DNA of 50,732 nucleotides, taken from contig JBDRBG010000022.1 of NCBI GenBank assembly GCA_043823005.1, positions 1 to 50,732 on the forward strand. Direction: 5' to 3'. Each line of letters opens with the position of its first letter. The first letter of the stretch is position 1. Below are positions 26,790 to 38,100 of this stretch, piece after piece. This DNA is from Candidatus Omnitrophota bacterium (lineage in GTDB: Bacteria; Omnitrophota; Gorgyraeia; Tantalellales; Tantalellaceae). The translations under genes were made by a program, and so were the position numbers. Below the pieces are notes generated by a model. It was not told the DNA's origin, made no database searches, and saw only the letters and a program-made list of their open reading frames with translations.

Positions 26790-28187
26790 CTACTGGAAAC
26801 AGAACTGTCCGTCACTAATATGAATCAAAAACTGCACTAAAGGGACTATTTTGGTTTGATCCAGCGTTTTGTGTTCAACCCAAGGCGTGAGAATCATACC
26901 ATTTTTATATTGTTTAATTTGTTTAAATTCTTCGGGCCTTAACTGTTTGGCCCATTTGATCTCAATGGGATAAAAGGTTTTGTTTCGCACAATCGCTACA
27001 TCTACCTCGCCTTTTTTTCCTTTGATATAGAACGCGGGATTGCATCTTTTGCAATGATCTACAACAACTGTTTCTACAAATTGCAACATATATCGCGGTA
27101 CATTCAACCGTTCCTTGATCGACGCAAAAGAATAGTTTTGTCCGATATGCGCCAATACCGAATGATAGATAAACGGGTCCCTGAAATATAATTTCCGGTT
27201 CTTTTTAGGAGCCGCGGAAAGTCTGTGTTCGCTTAGAGCTTCCAGAACATACAGCACATTAATTGATTGCAAAAGATAGCAATAATCTGCTACAGTTTTA
27301 TGGTGATCAATTGAAAGATGTTTCGCCAAATTATTCCAGGAAATCTGACTTGAATAAGTCGTTTTAATGCCTTTTAGTATCTCACATAAATAATGTTCAT
27401 TTTTGTTATGCTTTAAAATATCACCGATAATCCATTCTACATAAGTGTTAATTACTGAATTCGAAATGGTTTTCCCTGTCAGATAATCAGAGATTGCCGG
27501 CAGGTAACCGCCATGAATAAGATACTCAAAAAAACAACCCTTCAAAACTTCATGATATTCTCGATAGCCTTTAATAGCAACCGTAATAGGAGCATTTGTA
27601 ATGTTTTCGCATAATGAATTTAGCCGCGGATTTTTCAAAAGCACGGATTCCTTGAAAGAAAGCGGCTGGAATATAAAATCGGCCTTATCGGCTTTACCAC
27701 GCCTGCCAGCAAACCTTTTCATAGCAGTTCGGATAATCTGATTATCAGAGCCTGTTAAAATAACTATCATATGTTCAAAAATTCCGGAATCTGCCAAATA
27801 TTTGATTGATTTATCCCAATCAGGAACATAATTGACTTCATCGATAAATAGATATTGAATTGTTTTTGGATTATAAAACTTTTCAACTATTCTACGTAGA
27901 ATATGGTGAGAATCGATAAGTTCACCAGTGAGAAAAAGTATATCATCAGGATTGTTTTTCTTTTCAGTCAATAACATAAGAATAAACTGCTTAATGAAAG
28001 TAGTTTTCCCGACTTGTCTTCCCCCGGTAATTAGATAAACTCCCGGAATATAAAACTCAGGTTTGTTAATAAGAGAAGATTGGTATTTGAACGGAAGACC
28101 CTTAATTTTCTTAAGATGAGGATCAAAATCCTTATACCGTATTATGGACTCTTTAAACTGATTATGTATCAAAAAATCTTCAAACAT
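26790..28187 (-). CDS. AAA_14/DUF4143 ATPase
   Basis: GGRQVGKT, FIDEV, LTGS, KLYFRDP, EVDV...PIEIKW. Promoter TTGACT-16-TATGCT lies 6 nt before ATG. Confidence 0.9.
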   Translation of the reverse strand: MFEDFLIHNQFKESIIRYKDFDPHLKKIKGLPFKYQSSLINKPEFYIPGVYLITGGRQVGKTTFIKQFILMLLTEKKNNPDDILFLTGELIDSHHILRRIVEKFYNPKTIQYLFIDEVNYVPDWDKSIKYLADSGIFEHMIVILTGSDNQIIRTAMKRFAGRRGKADKADFIFQPLSFKESVLLKNPRLNSLCENITNAPITVAIKGYREYHEVLKGCFFEYLIHGGYLPAISDYLTGKTISNSVINTYVEWIIGDILKHNKNEHYLCEILKGIKTTYSSQISWNNLAKHLSIDHHKTVADYCYLLQSINVLYVLEALSEHRLSAAPKKNRKLYFRDPFIYHSVLAHIGQNYSFASIKERLNVPRYMLQFVETVVVDHCKRCNPAFYIKGKKGEVDVAIVRNKTFYPIEIKWAKQLRPEEFKQIKQYKNGMILTPWVEHKTLDQTKIVPLVQFLIHISDGQFCFQ

Positions 28188-28210
28188 GATATAAGCATAC
28201 CATATAAATC

Positions 28211-28324
28211 ATTTTAGTCAATGGTCATTATCCAAATTATCCAACATTAAAAAGGAGCATTCAGAAGACTTTACTTTAATAATATCACTCAAATGGTGTG
28301 CGACAGCATCATGGCTGGGTATGA
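28211..28324. repeat. Junction of two duplicated segments: 28211-28259 (= 29550-29598) and 28258-28324 (= fic 3' end 26556-26617)
   Basis: Direct comparison: GTCAATGGTCATTATCCAAATTATCCAACATTAAAAAGG occurs twice. TTTAATAATATCACTCAAATGGTGTGCGACAGCAT(A/C)ATGGCTGGGTATGA occurs twice. Confidence 0.92.
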
Positions 28325-28332
28325 ACTTTTTT

Positions 28333-29493
28333 TCAAGACATAAGATCTGATAAACAATCGAGCGGTAAAAATATTTCATTTTTAACACGTTTTTTCTGAC
28401 TGCCCGCGTATACAATATAGCCGGTTTTTACCTCCTCAGGAAAAAGAGTTCTGAAAAATTTTAATCCTTTTGAATAATCCATATTCATTGTCTCCGAAGC
28501 TTTGATCTCAACAGGAACAAGATGCCGCGCGCATTCAAAAATCATATCCACTTCATTTCCCGTGCGGTCTCTAAAAAAATAAAGGTTTGACAATTTCGCT
28601 TGATTAAAGCGATTCTTCAAGCACTCTGCTACGACCAGATTTTCAAACAGATTTCCCCTAAGAGGATGGTTTTTTATGTGCGCTGTGGTTTCTATACCTA
28701 AAAGATAAGCGGCTAATCCTACATCATAAAAATAAATCTTAGGTGTTTTAATAAAACGTTTGTTCAAATTACGATAAAAAGGCTGTAAAAGAAAAACCAG
28801 GTAACTAGCCTCCAGCAATCTTAGCCACTTCTTAAGCGTAGGCTGTGAAAGCCCTAAATCATTTGCCAGACTATTGTAATTAACAAGCTGTCCTATTCTG
28901 CCGGCTAATAATCGTACAAATTTTTCAAACAACATTAAATCATCAATTTGACTTAATTGTCTTAAATCACGCTGAATATACGTCTCAAAATAATTCATAT
29001 AAAAATGTGAAGGATCAACATTTTCATTATACAGTTTTGGATAAAAACCACGGTATAATGCGCCGTTCAAATCGTTAACATCAATCAAAAAGCCAAGCTC
29101 CTTCATACTAAACGGTAAAAGTTTAATTAAAGAAGTTCTTCCTGCAAGCGACTGACTAATGGATTGTGATACTTCAAATTGCTGACTACCAGTAAGGACA
29201 AACATACCATTCTTTTTGTTACGATCAACTATTGATTGTATATAAGAAGGTATTTCCGGCGCACGCTGAATTTCATCAAGGATAACACCATTGTTAAACT
29301 CGGCAAGAAATCCCCGCGGATCTTCTATGGCTAAACGACGGCTGTCAGGTTCTTCAAGATTAACATACGGCAAATCAGGAAAAACGCTTTTAGCAAGGGT
29401 CGTCTTTCCGGACTGACGAGGACCGGTAATGGTTATAACAGGATATTGTTTAAAAAACTGAAGGCATAATTCAGATAATTCTCGTTTAATCAT
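28333..29493 (-). CDS. AAA_14/DUF4143 ATPase (close paralog of 24298-25458)
   Basis: GPRQSGKT, LDEIQ, LTGSQ, KTPKIYFYDVG, EVDM...PVEIKA. Promoter TTGACT-17-TATACT lies 6 nt before ATG. Confidence 0.92.
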   Translation of the reverse strand: MIKRELSELCLQFFKQYPVITITGPRQSGKTTLAKSVFPDLPYVNLEEPDSRRLAIEDPRGFLAEFNNGVILDEIQRAPEIPSYIQSIVDRNKKNGMFVLTGSQQFEVSQSISQSLAGRTSLIKLLPFSMKELGFLIDVNDLNGALYRGFYPKLYNENVDPSHFYMNYFETYIQRDLRQLSQIDDLMLFEKFVRLLAGRIGQLVNYNSLANDLGLSQPTLKKWLRLLEASYLVFLLQPFYRNLNKRFIKTPKIYFYDVGLAAYLLGIETTAHIKNHPLRGNLFENLVVAECLKNRFNQAKLSNLYFFRDRTGNEVDMIFECARHLVPVEIKASETMNMDYSKGLKFFRTLFPEEVKTGYIVYAGSQKKRVKNEIFLPLDCLSDLMS

Positions 29494-29610
29494 ACCCTAA
29501 GTATACTGTATGGCTAATTCAAAGTCAAGGTTAGTATTAGCATGGAGGTATTTTGGTCAATGGTCATTATCCAAATTATCCAACATTAAAAAGGGGCAGG
29601 CAGAATCTCA

Positions 29611-30153
29611 CGTCTTTGCGAAGGAAGCTTTAGCGACCGCGGCCCTCCAGAGGCGGATCCGCCTTTGACGGACAATCTCTATTTACCATGCACCAACTCC
29701 TATTCGCTTTTTTAAAGACCGATTTCCGGATTTTTCACCACAGAGCCTTTGGTCACAGAGCTATTCAAAACCCAAAAATATATTTTTTTTCTCTTCTCGC
29801 CCCAGTTTATTTCCCCCCTCCGTCTTTGCGAGCGAAGCGAAGCCCTACCAATGCTCTTATTCATCGCATTTCCAGGATCATTTTTCGTTATTCACAAAAA
29901 ATGTCAATCTCTTTTCCCTTCAGCCTTCAACCTTGAACAGCTCCGAAGAAGCCTTACCCGTGCTCTCTGTGGTTTATTTTTTTCTTTTTATTATATTTCT
30001 ATCCGAGTTTGCCGAGCCGTTCACTGAGCTCACGGCTCGCAATGACGAAATTTGAACCTTTTCCCCTTTATCTGTTCGGGGTCAGGAGACCTCTCCTACA
30101 TATTTTTTTTCAGATTGCCACAGGCCTCGTCTACCTCGGCCTTCGCAATGACG
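29611..30153. repeat. Mixed intergenic repeat cluster
   Basis: Family-1 copies at 29611-29678 (interrupted), 29821-29843 (truncated), ~30006-30047 and 30112-30153. Family-2 copy at ~30074-30099. CACCACAGAG repeat at ~29736. Confidence 0.85.
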
Positions 30154-30265
30154 AAATTGGGATTTTGACTTTTCCATTTTTCCTTTAAGCTTTTTCCTTA
30201 TTTCCGCTCGCCGTCAAAACCCCCCCAGAGTACGAACGCAATTGTCCGATACACAGCGGGTTAAA

Positions 30266-31558
30266 TCAAACAACATAAAAAGGAAAAAACATAACATCCT
30301 TTACTTTTTTTGTCATTCCTTTATTAGCAATAATCGTCGCCTTCGGGTTGTAACTATTTAAGAATGAAGCTATTCCAGAGGAAATTGTATCTGTATCTTT
30401 CATTTTAACTTCCACCGGAACAATCTCTTCTTCGTCAATTACAAAATCCACTTCCACCCCGTATTTCATTCTCCAGAATTTAATATTTCCCGGATTTTCT
30501 ACTCTTTTCAATAAATTCTTAAACACGGCATTTTCAATTAACGCTCCCGCATCCATTCTATCTTCTATTTTTCGGAAATTATTAATAATCCTATTTCTTA
30601 ATCCCGTATCATAAAAATAAACTTTCGGCATTTTAACTATTTCTTTTTTCTTATTAGTAAAATAAGGCTGAATAAATTTGCATATATATGTGTTTTCTAA
30701 AATTGAAAAATATTTTTCTACCGTCTGTCTTGCCATCCCTATTTCTTTGGAAATTTCCTGCACATTAATTAAATTCCCAATATTTAGCGCCAATAATTTC
30801 ACCACATTATTAAAAGCAGTTATATTTTCTAAAGAAAAAAGTGCGTTAATATCTTTCCGTATATAAGACGAATAAATATCATTAAGATACTTTTTCTTTT
30901 TATCCTGCTCTCGCAACAGAACAACAGCAGGATATCCTCCAAAAAGAGAATATTCATAATAATGTTTTAATATCTCTTTGTGTGAAATCTTTGATATCGG
31001 TTTAATCTGATTTAATTTTTCATATACCTGTATTATAGCTCTCAATTGAGGAGCTTTTTTAAAAACAAGATATTCTTTAAAGTTTAGTGAATATATTTCA
31101 AAATTTATTTTCCTGCCGACAAGTGAATCTTTAAATTTCTTTTTAATTGTCAGAGCAGAAGACCCTGTAGCAAATATTTTTATTCTATCAGAATAATGGT
31201 CTACAAGAATTTTTAATAAATTACTGGGATCATCTAAATATTGTATTTCATCTATAAAAACATATTTTTTCGCGCTTTTAGGATTCTGTTCCGAAAGAAA
31301 ATCAATCAGATTATCTACTCCTGCGTTCACCATATCAAGATTTTCGAATCTTTCTAAATCAAAATAAAAAATATCCTCAACCGCTATTCCCTCCTTCTTA
31401 ACAAGCTGTTGAATAAGTAAATACAATAAACTGGTTTTTCCGACCTGACGTGAACCTGATAATATAATTGCTTCCTTATGCGGAATCCACTTTACAATTT
31501 GAGGCAATATATCCCGTTCCATCAAATCCGAACCAAGAATGTCCATTAGATTATTCAT
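30266..31558 (-). CDS. AAA_14/DUF4143 ATPase
   Basis: GSRQVGKT, FIDEIQ, ATGSS, KMPKVYFYDTG, EVDF...PVEVK. RBS AGGAGG. Confidence 0.92.
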   Translation of the reverse strand: MNNLMDILGSDLMERDILPQIVKWIPHKEAIILSGSRQVGKTSLLYLLIQQLVKKEGIAVEDIFYFDLERFENLDMVNAGVDNLIDFLSEQNPKSAKKYVFIDEIQYLDDPSNLLKILVDHYSDRIKIFATGSSALTIKKKFKDSLVGRKINFEIYSLNFKEYLVFKKAPQLRAIIQVYEKLNQIKPISKISHKEILKHYYEYSLFGGYPAVVLLREQDKKKKYLNDIYSSYIRKDINALFSLENITAFNNVVKLLALNIGNLINVQEISKEIGMARQTVEKYFSILENTYICKFIQPYFTNKKKEIVKMPKVYFYDTGLRNRIINNFRKIEDRMDAGALIENAVFKNLLKRVENPGNIKFWRMKYGVEVDFVIDEEEIVPVEVKMKDTDTISSGIASFLNSYNPKATIIANKGMTKKVKDVMFFPFYVV

Positions 31559-31566
31559 AATACCTC

Positions 31567-31614
31567 CTATAATTTAGTATAACTAAATTATAGCATATGT
31601 TTCAATATAGTCAA
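31567..31614 (-). promoter_or_regulatory. Promoter with perfect 12-bp-arm palindrome (operator-like)
   Basis: TTGACT (31614-09), 16 nt spacer, TATAAT (31592-87). CTATAATTTAGT-ata-ACTAAATTATAG at 31567-31593. Confidence 0.75.
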
Positions 31615-31628
31615 GAATCCTTATAAAA

Positions 31629-31717
31629 GAAATGCCCCTGCCTGAACTGCATAGGCTACAGCTCGAAACAAGGGCATTTCAAGAGATGCGGGAAGGTTTT
31701 CATCGCACCTCTTTTTT
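31629..31717. terminator. Two adjacent hairpins with T-tracts (terminator-like)
   Basis: GAAATGCCC...GGGCATTTC with a T-rich tail on the minus strand. AAGAGATGCG...CGCACCTCTT with a T-tract on the plus strand. Confidence 0.45.
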
Positions 31718-31774
31718 CAAGAATCCATTTTGTTATGTAACAATCAAACACTTTTCCCCTACCATTTACCCAAG

Positions 31775-32138
31775 AGATTGCCGCGCCGCTCGCTTGGCTC
31801 GCGGCTCGCAATGACGAAAACAAGTATGTCGGGTTTGATAAATCAAACCCCTACCACGCCATTAAAACCTTACTCTTTTTTCCGTTCAGATTGCCGCGGG
31901 CTTCGTTTGCCTCAGCCCTCGCAATGACGACGCAATCTGTATCTTTTCCCCTTTATCCGTTCGCCGTCAGCCTGCCCTGTACCCGAACCTATGAGTGGTT
32001 CAGGGGAGACGGCTACGTACCCGAATCACATATATTCCTGCCTTTTCCCTTTATCCTTTACCCTTTTTTCTGTTCGCCCTGTACCGCGCCTGGTACAGGG
32101 CTCCTACTAACGACACCCGACAAACGACTAACGACTAA
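31775..32138. repeat. Mixed repeat cluster downstream of the largest giant gene
   Basis: Family-1 at 31775-31816 and 31888-31929. GGGTTTGAT-aa-ATCAAACCCCTAC at 31831-31854. Interrupted family-2 copies at ~31959-32020 and 32071-32107. Heptamer ACTAACG-like x5 at 32106-32138. Confidence 0.85.
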
Positions 32139-35100
32139 TTACGCTTTCACAAGCACTTCAAGCACGTACCTCTCATAATTTCGTATTTCCGCTTCAAGAT
32201 CTATTGCCTCAACACCCGACAGATACAAATATAAGCTGCCGTTTATCGAGACAAGAGTTCCTTTATTAAGCCCGTTTATCCAATCTTTATCTTTAGAGAT
32301 CAGCAGATTCACAAATACCTCATACTGATTAATATTGTTTTTAGCTCCCTGACCAAGATTTATCTGTAAAAAGTCTTCCTTGTCATATTCAAGCTCGCCT
32401 GCTATACAATTAAATCCCGTATTTCCTTTATTTGCTACTTCTCCAGACGATAGAAAAACTCTTCCATATATCTCGCTTGTCGAATAACCGCCATCATGCC
32501 TGTCAATAACATGAACGTCTGTATCATTCAACACTCCTTCAAGCATCCATAATTTAATAAGAGTCTGTTTAAAGATCGCCTTATCTTCGTCCGACACAAC
32601 TCTTTCAGGCGCCATTACAAATATTTTGTCATAAAATTTATCTTTACTTCTTGAGACTTTCATTTTCTGCCGTCTTTTTTGTATCTCTAATCCAAGCGGA
32701 ACAATCGTTCTTGTTCTATTTAAAAGTTCCCGGCCGTCAGCGTAATGAATAAGATAATGTTCTTCGGCTGAAGCTTTTACTTCAGGGGTAAATTTAAGAT
32801 TATTCACGCCCTGCGAAAATTTCTTAAATGTCTTCCGTATTCTTAATTGATATAAACTCGACGAATCAAGAGTCAGCGAACTTATCGCGTCTAAATATTT
32901 TCTCGAAATATCCGTTACAAGAGACTCTATATTTTCTATCTCCTTAACAGTCGTCTCATTCAGCCCGCGTATTTCAGGATGTCCCAATATAAAAGCTCTA
33001 TCCTTTATTTCTCCGGCGCATTTGTCAATCCTAGCAATAATCTCCGAAATATCCGCCTCTACATCAATCAGAATCGCCGCAGAAGCAAAATGCCTGATTC
33101 TCTGTTTTTCCAGGTCATCAAGCATGTCCGGTTCTACCGAGCCGTTAATTTTTACCGGACAAATAAGCGGATTAGCCCCAAGTTTTCGCATACTGTCTTC
33201 CGAAAGATCATCGTAAATCTTTGCCGGAATACCGACAAGAACCGTTGCTTGTTCTTTTATTTTATTGATAAGTATACGCGCCTGTCTGCTTTGCCATTGG
33301 CCCGCGAACTTAGCGCTTATTCTATCTAAAAACGGTATAGCTTCATCAACTAACACATACCTGTCAACAATATCGAACACCCTTTCCACAAAAGTGCTTG
33401 TCTTGTCATTATCAATATAAACTCTGTCTTCCAAAGCTGTAATTGCCTCTTTGTACAGCCCCATTTGTCCGCAAAGTTCAGCAAAAGCAAATACAGAAAT
33501 GTGCCCGACAAGAACCGGCATTGTTTTCGCATACGCCTTTATCCTGTCCGCATTGCCAACATCGTTCAAAGCACCTAAAAGATAGAGCATTCGAAACTGT
33601 GAATATATATTCCGGCCTTCTCCGGCAAACTTAATCATTTGATCAATTCGCTCCGAATCTTCTGCCAGTGTTTTTCTGTTTTGCCAATGTTTCATTAATT
33701 GTTCAAGATAGAAAAGAGCTATTATTCTTTTAGCAAGTTTTGCAGGATCAGTATTTTGAAGTTTAGCGTCTGTCTCTCCGCTTACGTCTATGCATTCAAA
33801 AAGCTTTAAAACCTCTCCTTTTTTATAGAAAGATTTCACTTCATTAAGTTCCTGATCCTTTATTTTAGGCAGAATTTTACGATAAAGCCCCATATAGAAT
33901 ATTTCCGGCTCGTTTACGTCATGCGGCAAAGCTATAGGCACTGACCTGTTTTGAACAATATATTTTTTCCCGTCAGGGGCTATCATCCATTCAATGTCCT
34001 GGGTCCAACAATGCCACATCCGGCTGATAATTTTGCTTATATCAGCCAATTCTTCGGCTGTTTTCGCGCTTAAAATTTTTGCCCGCGCTTCTACTTTCGT
34101 CGTGCCAAACGGAATAAGCCTTCCTTTGTCCCATATCTTTTTTCCGCCTTCACTTGCAAACGGTTGTAAAGACCAGACCTTTCTTGTCCCTCTGTGCTTG
34201 TTAACTATTGCCTGGGCTAATCTGCCGTGATCTCCGACAACACCGCTTATCCCCCGGCCGGCAATTATTTGCATCTCACCTTTATCCTCGGATAACGAGT
34301 TCCATGTATTGATCACGCCTGATGTAATCAGCATATTGCGCCAATTGTTATGCTCGCTCTTCAATTCATCTAATTGCTGAGAAGATATTCCGTTATCCTT
34401 ATAATTTTCAGTTAAATACCTTAAAGCAATATCATTAAATTTAACATAAATTCTCGCCAGATCAACATTCCCGTCATTCATTGCTTTTTCAATAGCATCA
34501 TTCTTTGCTTTTACTTGTTTTTGTATAGAAATGGCATCTTTGTCCTTAATATACATTTTATATTCACGGCATTCTTCGCGTGTTTCCCATGCTGAATCGA
34601 TTTCAAAAGCAGGTACCTGGATAATAACCCCGGGGAATACATCTTCATCGTTAACCCGGTATTTTTGTCTTAAATTAAAAGCTGACTGTGAATATTTTGT
34701 CGCAATAACACGTTTAACCGCCTCTATTATCTGGGCATCTTTACTGACTTCTTGCATTTCATCTAAATCCGGATAAGATTCATATTGGCCCGCGGCATTT
34801 ACCTGTAATAGATCCTCAAAATTAAACGAGGACCTTACAAAAAATCCTGTGTTTCCGTATTGTTCTCGCAAACTTTTAATATTATCCAAAATTGTTTTCT
34901 CGAAATCCGGCATTTTCGCGGCCACAATAAGATCCCTTATAACTTTTAATTTAGCAGAAATCTCTTTATCTGAAACCCCCTCTTTCCGCATACCGTACTC
35001 ATCCTGTATCTCTTGTAACGCCGCCTGTATCTGACTATTTATAGAACTGCCGTTATATTTAGCTTCCTCCAAAAACTTGTCGCAAAACGTAAACGTAAGC

Positions 35101-38100
35101 GCTATACCATCAGGCGGGGCGACCTCTTTTAATTCAGGGATATTCATCAATTCTCCTATGTTAGCGGCTTTCGCGCCAACACGGTTTATAAAAAATCTAT
35201 CGACATCCCCGAGTTTATATACCAATTCCCCGTCTAATACGGCTTCAGGTATTCTTAATAATCCTTTATCGGGTTTTGAACGTTTATATCTATCTTTATT
35301 CTCTATATCACTAGGCGCAGCCAGTCTAAACCTGACATATCCTTTTTCATTAACGCGAAGCAGGCAATATTTATCTCTAAATACCTGCTGATCGAGAAAA
35401 TTGACGGCATCAGGAATAACAGCTATCGGTATAGCCTCATCATCAGCCATATTTTGGGCATGTCCTGCGCCAAAAACACTCATTATTATACCAACGACTT
35501 TTTCTCCGCCAAGACTTGTAACATCCTTTGCCAGCATTTCAGGAACAACCCATATAATATCTTCGGCAGGAGTTTTTCCATCAGGCATAAGCTTAACTCC
35601 CGCTCTTTTAAGCGGAACCCGTAGGTCTTCAAACTCAGAAGCGTCTTTTACTATAACTATTTTACCGACAGCCCTGCCATAGCTTAGTCCTTGCCCTTCG
35701 TTACGGTTATATATTCCGTTCTTTGCCACATATTTGCGTAATATCTTACTTAATCCATCGGCTGTACTCATAAAAAGGATCATATCATTATTATTTTTAG
35801 CGAATTCAGCAATATCGGTCTTTTTCATCATAATCGAAGATAACTTAAACATAATAATCCCCATACCGTCTATTGCTTTTTCATAATCCATGTCCTCGAT
35901 ATCTTTACGAAGCGCTCTTACAGATCGTTCTAAATCCGCGAATACACCTCCCTCAAGTTCTCCAAAGTCTTTCTGCCACTCGGTTCTAGCTCCTTCCAGA
36001 TAGCAGTCAAGCTGGTCAAGAGTTTCTGCACGGATACTTAAATCGCGGTTCAAGGCTGTTTCGTTCTTTACTACATTTCGGATTTCTTCATCTATAACCG
36101 TATCAGCGGTTATTCTTTCCTGCAGGCTCTTTATCCTCAAAAGATCCCCGCGGGGATATAAATTACCTCCGTAATTTTCCCAAAATCGATGAAGCAGCGC
36201 CGCCCTTAATATCTGCTCATACAAAACAGGCAATTTTATTTCCAAAGGCATATCCTCAAAAAATGGCCTTGTCATATACACAGCTGCTGATCGGCCCTGC
36301 CTGGTGCCTGAAGACGCGGCTTGCCATTTATACCCTTTACAGGTAAAAAGATGAGGATGAGCGCTGTGTTTTTTCTCGTCAGATTTATCGCCAATAATAT
36401 AAAATTCCAGATTTTTGAATAACTCCTTGTTCCGGACAATAAATGCCCTAAACTCACTGTCATTATTCAAGGCTTCAAGAGTTTTGTAAAATTCAATTCC
36501 CGCTGGTTCCATTTTCATCTCTCCGTTCAGGTCCGGAACAATGCCGTAAATAGTAAGGATGCCCCTCTCAAGATCTACTCCAAGTTTAAGAACCCTTCCG
36601 TTGGAAAAGGATTCACTTATTCTGGTTTCAATATATTTCTCGGCATACTCCTGAGTCGCTGTACCGTCTGAACCTATATCAGGAGGATAATTTTCTTCGC
36701 GAATATTTTCAGCGTCTATAGTACCGTCTTTAAGCAAATAATCTTTTATGATCGCCATATGACCCGTACCAAAAGAAACATTCTCAATATCCAGAGTTTC
36801 ACGAGGAGCCATGAGCTGGGATATTATCGCGACAGCAAAAGGAGATAACATAAGCATTACGTATTTAGTGCTCATTTTGCCCGATAAAACCGCGCCTATA
36901 GCCGCACTAGCGCCTGTAACTGACAGCCAGCACGTTCCCATAAAAAGCAGAAATCCCAGGGCAAAAACAGCGCCTTGAGCTAAATAAAGTTTAGGATGAG
37001 ATTCAATTCCTTTCAAATGAAACCATTCATGGAACCAGAATAAGTACTGCATTAACTTATTATGTTTAGCCATTTCTTCTACATTGACATAAGTCTTACC
37101 ATCCATCACATAAACAATCCGTTCTTCGGATTTATCTGAAATAGGAAAGACATCGATCATGTTCGGCATAAAAGGAGGAATAAGCGCTGTTTTTATGTCC
37201 TCACCTTCCACAACAGGTTCAGGCAACAGCCTGATGCCATGAAGAGCCATTGTCTGTAGCGCATATAAAATTACAACTCCGGCAAATGCCAGAAGAGGTA
37301 ACCCGCTAAACCAATTTCTAACCCCTCCTAAATATATAGATGACAACAGAATTGTAAATATACCGTATCCCCATAACGCCCAGAGTGAGTTTTGTTTATC
37401 AAGGGCTAGTTTTTTACCGTCTTTCGAAAAACCCGGTGTTTGGTCTTGAAAATCCTTAAAATCCTCACATTTAAATTTATAACACGTGTATTGCGCATCT
37501 CCCATGTCAGGCCTTGCGTCGACAGTTTTCTCTTTCCATCTCTTTGTTTGAGCTGCAAAAAAAGCTTTGCCCTGGTCGTTTTGATTATGTACTCTAATAT
37601 GAAATTCCGATTTGCCTTTTCTTTGCGCTTCAACAAGAATAGCTTCAAAAAAGGCGTTTATAATATCCTCTGCTTTGATGTTACTTAACCAATTAAACAA
37701 GCCTTTTAGTTTAATAGACGGCAGATCTCCTGTTACAAAAAGCTCTTCTTCTTTTAAAGGCATAAAAGTTAAGTCATCTTTGTTTTTATAAAGAAAAAAA
37801 GCGGTGATAGAATCTTTATCCGCGCTGGTTTTCGGCACTATCGCATAATCGCTCTGTTTAATTATTTTTTGTTTAAATTTCGGATTTGTCGGATAAGACA
37901 GTGCTATGGTTGTTCTATAGTCCCTTTGTTTCATTAAAAGTTCATATTTACCCTCTATATTTTTGCATATGTCTAAGGCTTTTTCATCGTCTTTATTAAC
38001 AGAAATTACAACGTTTTCAGCCATAACATCCGGCGCTGTTCTTTTATAAAGGACATCAAAAACCGCAGATACAATATCCTGTCTTGTAACTTTAAACGGC

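Noticed and set aside
24298-31558. Integron, IS or prophage interpretation of the ATPase island
   Set aside because: No integrase, transposase or phage genes. Genes face both directions and I found no convincing attC sites.
29688-32178. Intergenic ORFs 29688-29936, 29749-30027, 31632-31814, 31730-31927, 31891-32178 (also 16750-17059 and 24189-24464)
   Set aside because: Mostly translated REP or low-complexity sequence, or antisense overlap. No RBS or domain evidence.
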